Positions 61,548 through 64,000 of a DNA stretch of 64,000 bases are shown here, piece after piece; within the stretch, counting starts at the first letter, position 1; each line of letters opens with the position of its first letter. The translations under genes and the position numbers were made by a program. Source of the stretch: Mustelus asterias (taxonomy: Eukaryota); assembly GCF_964213995.1 (NCBI RefSeq), contig NW_027590186.1:620001-684000 (forward strand). The letters run 5' to 3'. The notes below the pieces were generated by a model that worked only from the letters and a program-made list of their open reading frames with translations, searched no databases and had not been told where the DNA came from.

Positions 61548-62912
61548 AGCAAAGGCATTCTCACCTCCTCTCACTGAATCCGATCTCTGAGCTGGATTGT
61601 GAACAGTTAATAGAAACAAAATCATCTCATTAAAACCAATTAAACCGAATGATCAGGTTCTTTGTGCTGAATGTCTGTCAGTGTATGTAAAATCCCTCTT
61701 TATAGTAGTTTCTGTCGTTTACGAGCAACTCTGAATAGGAGACTCTGGTGCTGTTATTACAACATGAAATAAAACTCATCAGAGTCATATCTCAAAAATC
61801 ATCTCAGTCAAAAACCATACATTCGCTTTAATGCACTCTATGTGTCAAAGAGAGCAATGATTGTACAGTCGTTTGATTTCTTGAAGGCAGTTGATAGATT
61901 TGTGGATATTCAGGGAAATAACGGATATGGAAGTAGTCAGAGAGTCATTGAGGTTTACAGCATGGAAACAGACCCTTCTGCCCAACTTGTCCATGCTACC
62001 CTCTTCTAACCACTATGCAAGTCCCAATTGCCCGCGTTTGGCCCATATCCCAACAAAATATTTGCCTGAGCATGAAGACTTATCCCGCGGTTTCGATTTC
62101 CCAAAGCACTTCTGGTGATTACAGCAGACTTTTAAAGAAAGACTTTCGGGCATGTGGGCGTCGCGGGCTCGGCCGCTATTTATTGCCCATCCCTAGTTGT
62201 CCTTCAGGAACTTTCTGACGCTCTTCTCAATTAGATTTCTGCATTCAGTCGATTTTCTTACCAAATGTTCCAGTGTCTAGAGTACACCAAACCTGTTCTT
62301 AGAGATTATTAATAGAGATATTAATCATTGTTCATTGGATTCTAAGCATGTATTGAAATAAACATTTGTACCTTTACTGTTAAGAATTCTTAGTTTTAAC
62401 ATGTGTCAAGTGTTCATTGTGTTAATATGAGTCACATTCTTCCGAACTCTTTCCAATGAAGTTTCTCTTCGATTCCCAGTTGATATTTTTATTTCATTAC
62501 TGTAACATTGAGAGATGTTTAATCAGGCTGATGTGATTATGAGGATTTGCCTCAGCAGGCGGGCATCAGTTTACACTATTGACTGACATATCAAACCGAA
62601 CAGTATTGGTTTCTTTGCCCCGAGTGTTCTTTGAAACATCTGAACAAGGGTACAACTAGTTCAAGGCTACCTGCAGCATTTTGAATTCTCAATATTAGTG
62701 CCGATTTCCCGGTGATTCCAAATAAACAACAGCTAATTCTTCCCTCGCACAGTGAATGTAATAATCAGACGGAATCTGTGAACGATTTTAGATGATGTTT
62801 GTGTGAATTGTGGTCTGGTTTGCGTTCACGGAATGTATTGACGTGTTAGTGTATAACCCGCTGTTAGAAACAGCACTCGACAGACAGCAGCTGTGACTCA
62901 GAAACCTGCGGC

Positions 62913-62951
62913 AGTTTTTGTACGAGGATTTCACTCGTTCTCATCACTGTG
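62913..62951 (-). promoter_or_regulatory. 23-RSS of TCR V3
   Basis: Consensus CACAGTG + 23 nt + ACAAAAACT. Confidence 0.93.
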
Positions 62952-63253
62952 AGACTCTGTGCACAGTAATAGACCGCAGTGTCAAACAGCCGCAGCTCCG
63001 AAATAGTCACTCGGTACAAATTGTCTGACTGCTGGACCGAATCAGAAAACCGGGTCCGAGCGAAATCCGCCTTTAATTCAAAACCGCCGTTTTTGTCTCT
63101 CCGGACTGCAAACTCGGGCTGTTTTCCTGGGTATTGACGATACCAGAATAAATAATAAGCATAGTCGGTGAAGGTGCAGTTTAAAGTGACATCTTCTCCC
63201 TCTGTCCGTGTGTGAGGATTCCCGCTGAGTAACAGAATCTCCATCGCTCAGAT
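62952..63253 (-). pseudogene. TCR alpha/delta (delta-like) V segment 3 with an apparent 2-bp deletion in framework 1; leader exon not found
   Basis: Acceptor gtgtttcag| then LSDGDSVTQRESSH(T), frameshift, RTEGEDVTLNCTFTDYAYYLFWYRQYPGKQPEF...RTRFS...DTAVYYCAQS. Confidence 0.87.
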
Positions 63254-64000
63254 CTGAAACACACGGTTAAAGAAAGGAAAAAAACATTGATTAAAAGTTC
63301 AATTGAACTAAGGGAGAACATTCACTGACAGTGTAACGTAAAAATATGTATTGAATGTACTGAATCATACCACATTCTCTCCAACTGATCTATGCTCCCG
63401 TTTACAATCCCCTGGAGATTCTTCCCTCTCGCCTCTTCTCAATGCATTTGTCCCTTTCTTCCTCAGCTGTTTAGCTGAGTTTACCTTTAAATTAGTCTTT
63501 GCTCCTCTCCTCAAGTGTTCACTGTGTTAATATGAGTCACATTCTACCCAACTCTTTCTAAAGCTGTTTCTCTCCGATTCCCAGTTGATCTCATTGTTTC
63601 ATTGGAATTGTGGGACATATGTTTGGAATCCTCCCACAAGTGGAATCATCCCCTCCCCGTCCACCACACCAATCCTCGTTATCATTATAAATAGATCAGT
63701 CAGATTTGCGTTAGTTTCTTTGGTCAGTCGAGAAAGTAATCATAATCTTGCATTCTGATAGCTCTCATCTCCCAATCCGAGTACCATTTCTCGAAATCGC
63801 CTTTTCAGTGTGCTTTTCGAATCTATTTTCAAAAGACTAAAACCACTCGCAAGAATTCATTTGTGTTCTACAGCATGTCCAATACCTGTATAACATGAAT
63901 GTCCTGCTTTTCAACTTTATTCCTCCAGAAAATAACTCATTTTTAAAGTGTTAAACTCACCAACAATGAATGTCACCCAGATCAGAGTGAAAACGGGGAG

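Noticed and set aside
62952-63253. V3 as a leaderless NAR-TCR supporting V-delta
   Set aside because: It has no extra CDR1 cysteine, retains a normal second leader part (LSDG), and no NAR-type V/J is in view. The leader may lie outside the window or be deleted.

Overview
Vertebrate genomic DNA, almost certainly from a shark or related cartilaginous fish (HE1-type SINEs, CR1 and Rex1/Babar LINEs, shark-type VH leader). Most of the window is transposon-derived and most ORF-track entries are LINE fragments or noise. The host content has four parts. (1) A two-exon GPR139/GPR142-like class A GPCR gene on the minus strand: exon 1 at 19516-19720, a ~19.3 kb intron, and exon 2 running off the left edge. 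(2) An IgM-type heavy-chain mini-cluster on the minus strand: leader, VH with a 23-RSS and, 325 bp downstream, one 12-RSS segment reading straight through D-like sequence into a complete JH. This looks like a germline pre-joined D(D)J with no constant exons behind it. A decayed VH paralogue lies at ~46.4-46.9 kb. (3) A ~1.1 kb tandem duplication carrying tRNA-Val(CAC) copies. (4) Three TCR alpha/delta-type V segments with RSSs at 59.4-63.3 kb. The window therefore looks like the edge of a TCR alpha/delta V array abutting a constant-less IgH VH-DJ cassette. All five V genes carry an apparent inactivating lesion. Penelope-like palindromic insertions with hammerhead-ribozyme-like cores interrupt two V genes. 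Family assignments come from motif recognition only; no database searches were run, and repeat boundaries are approximate.
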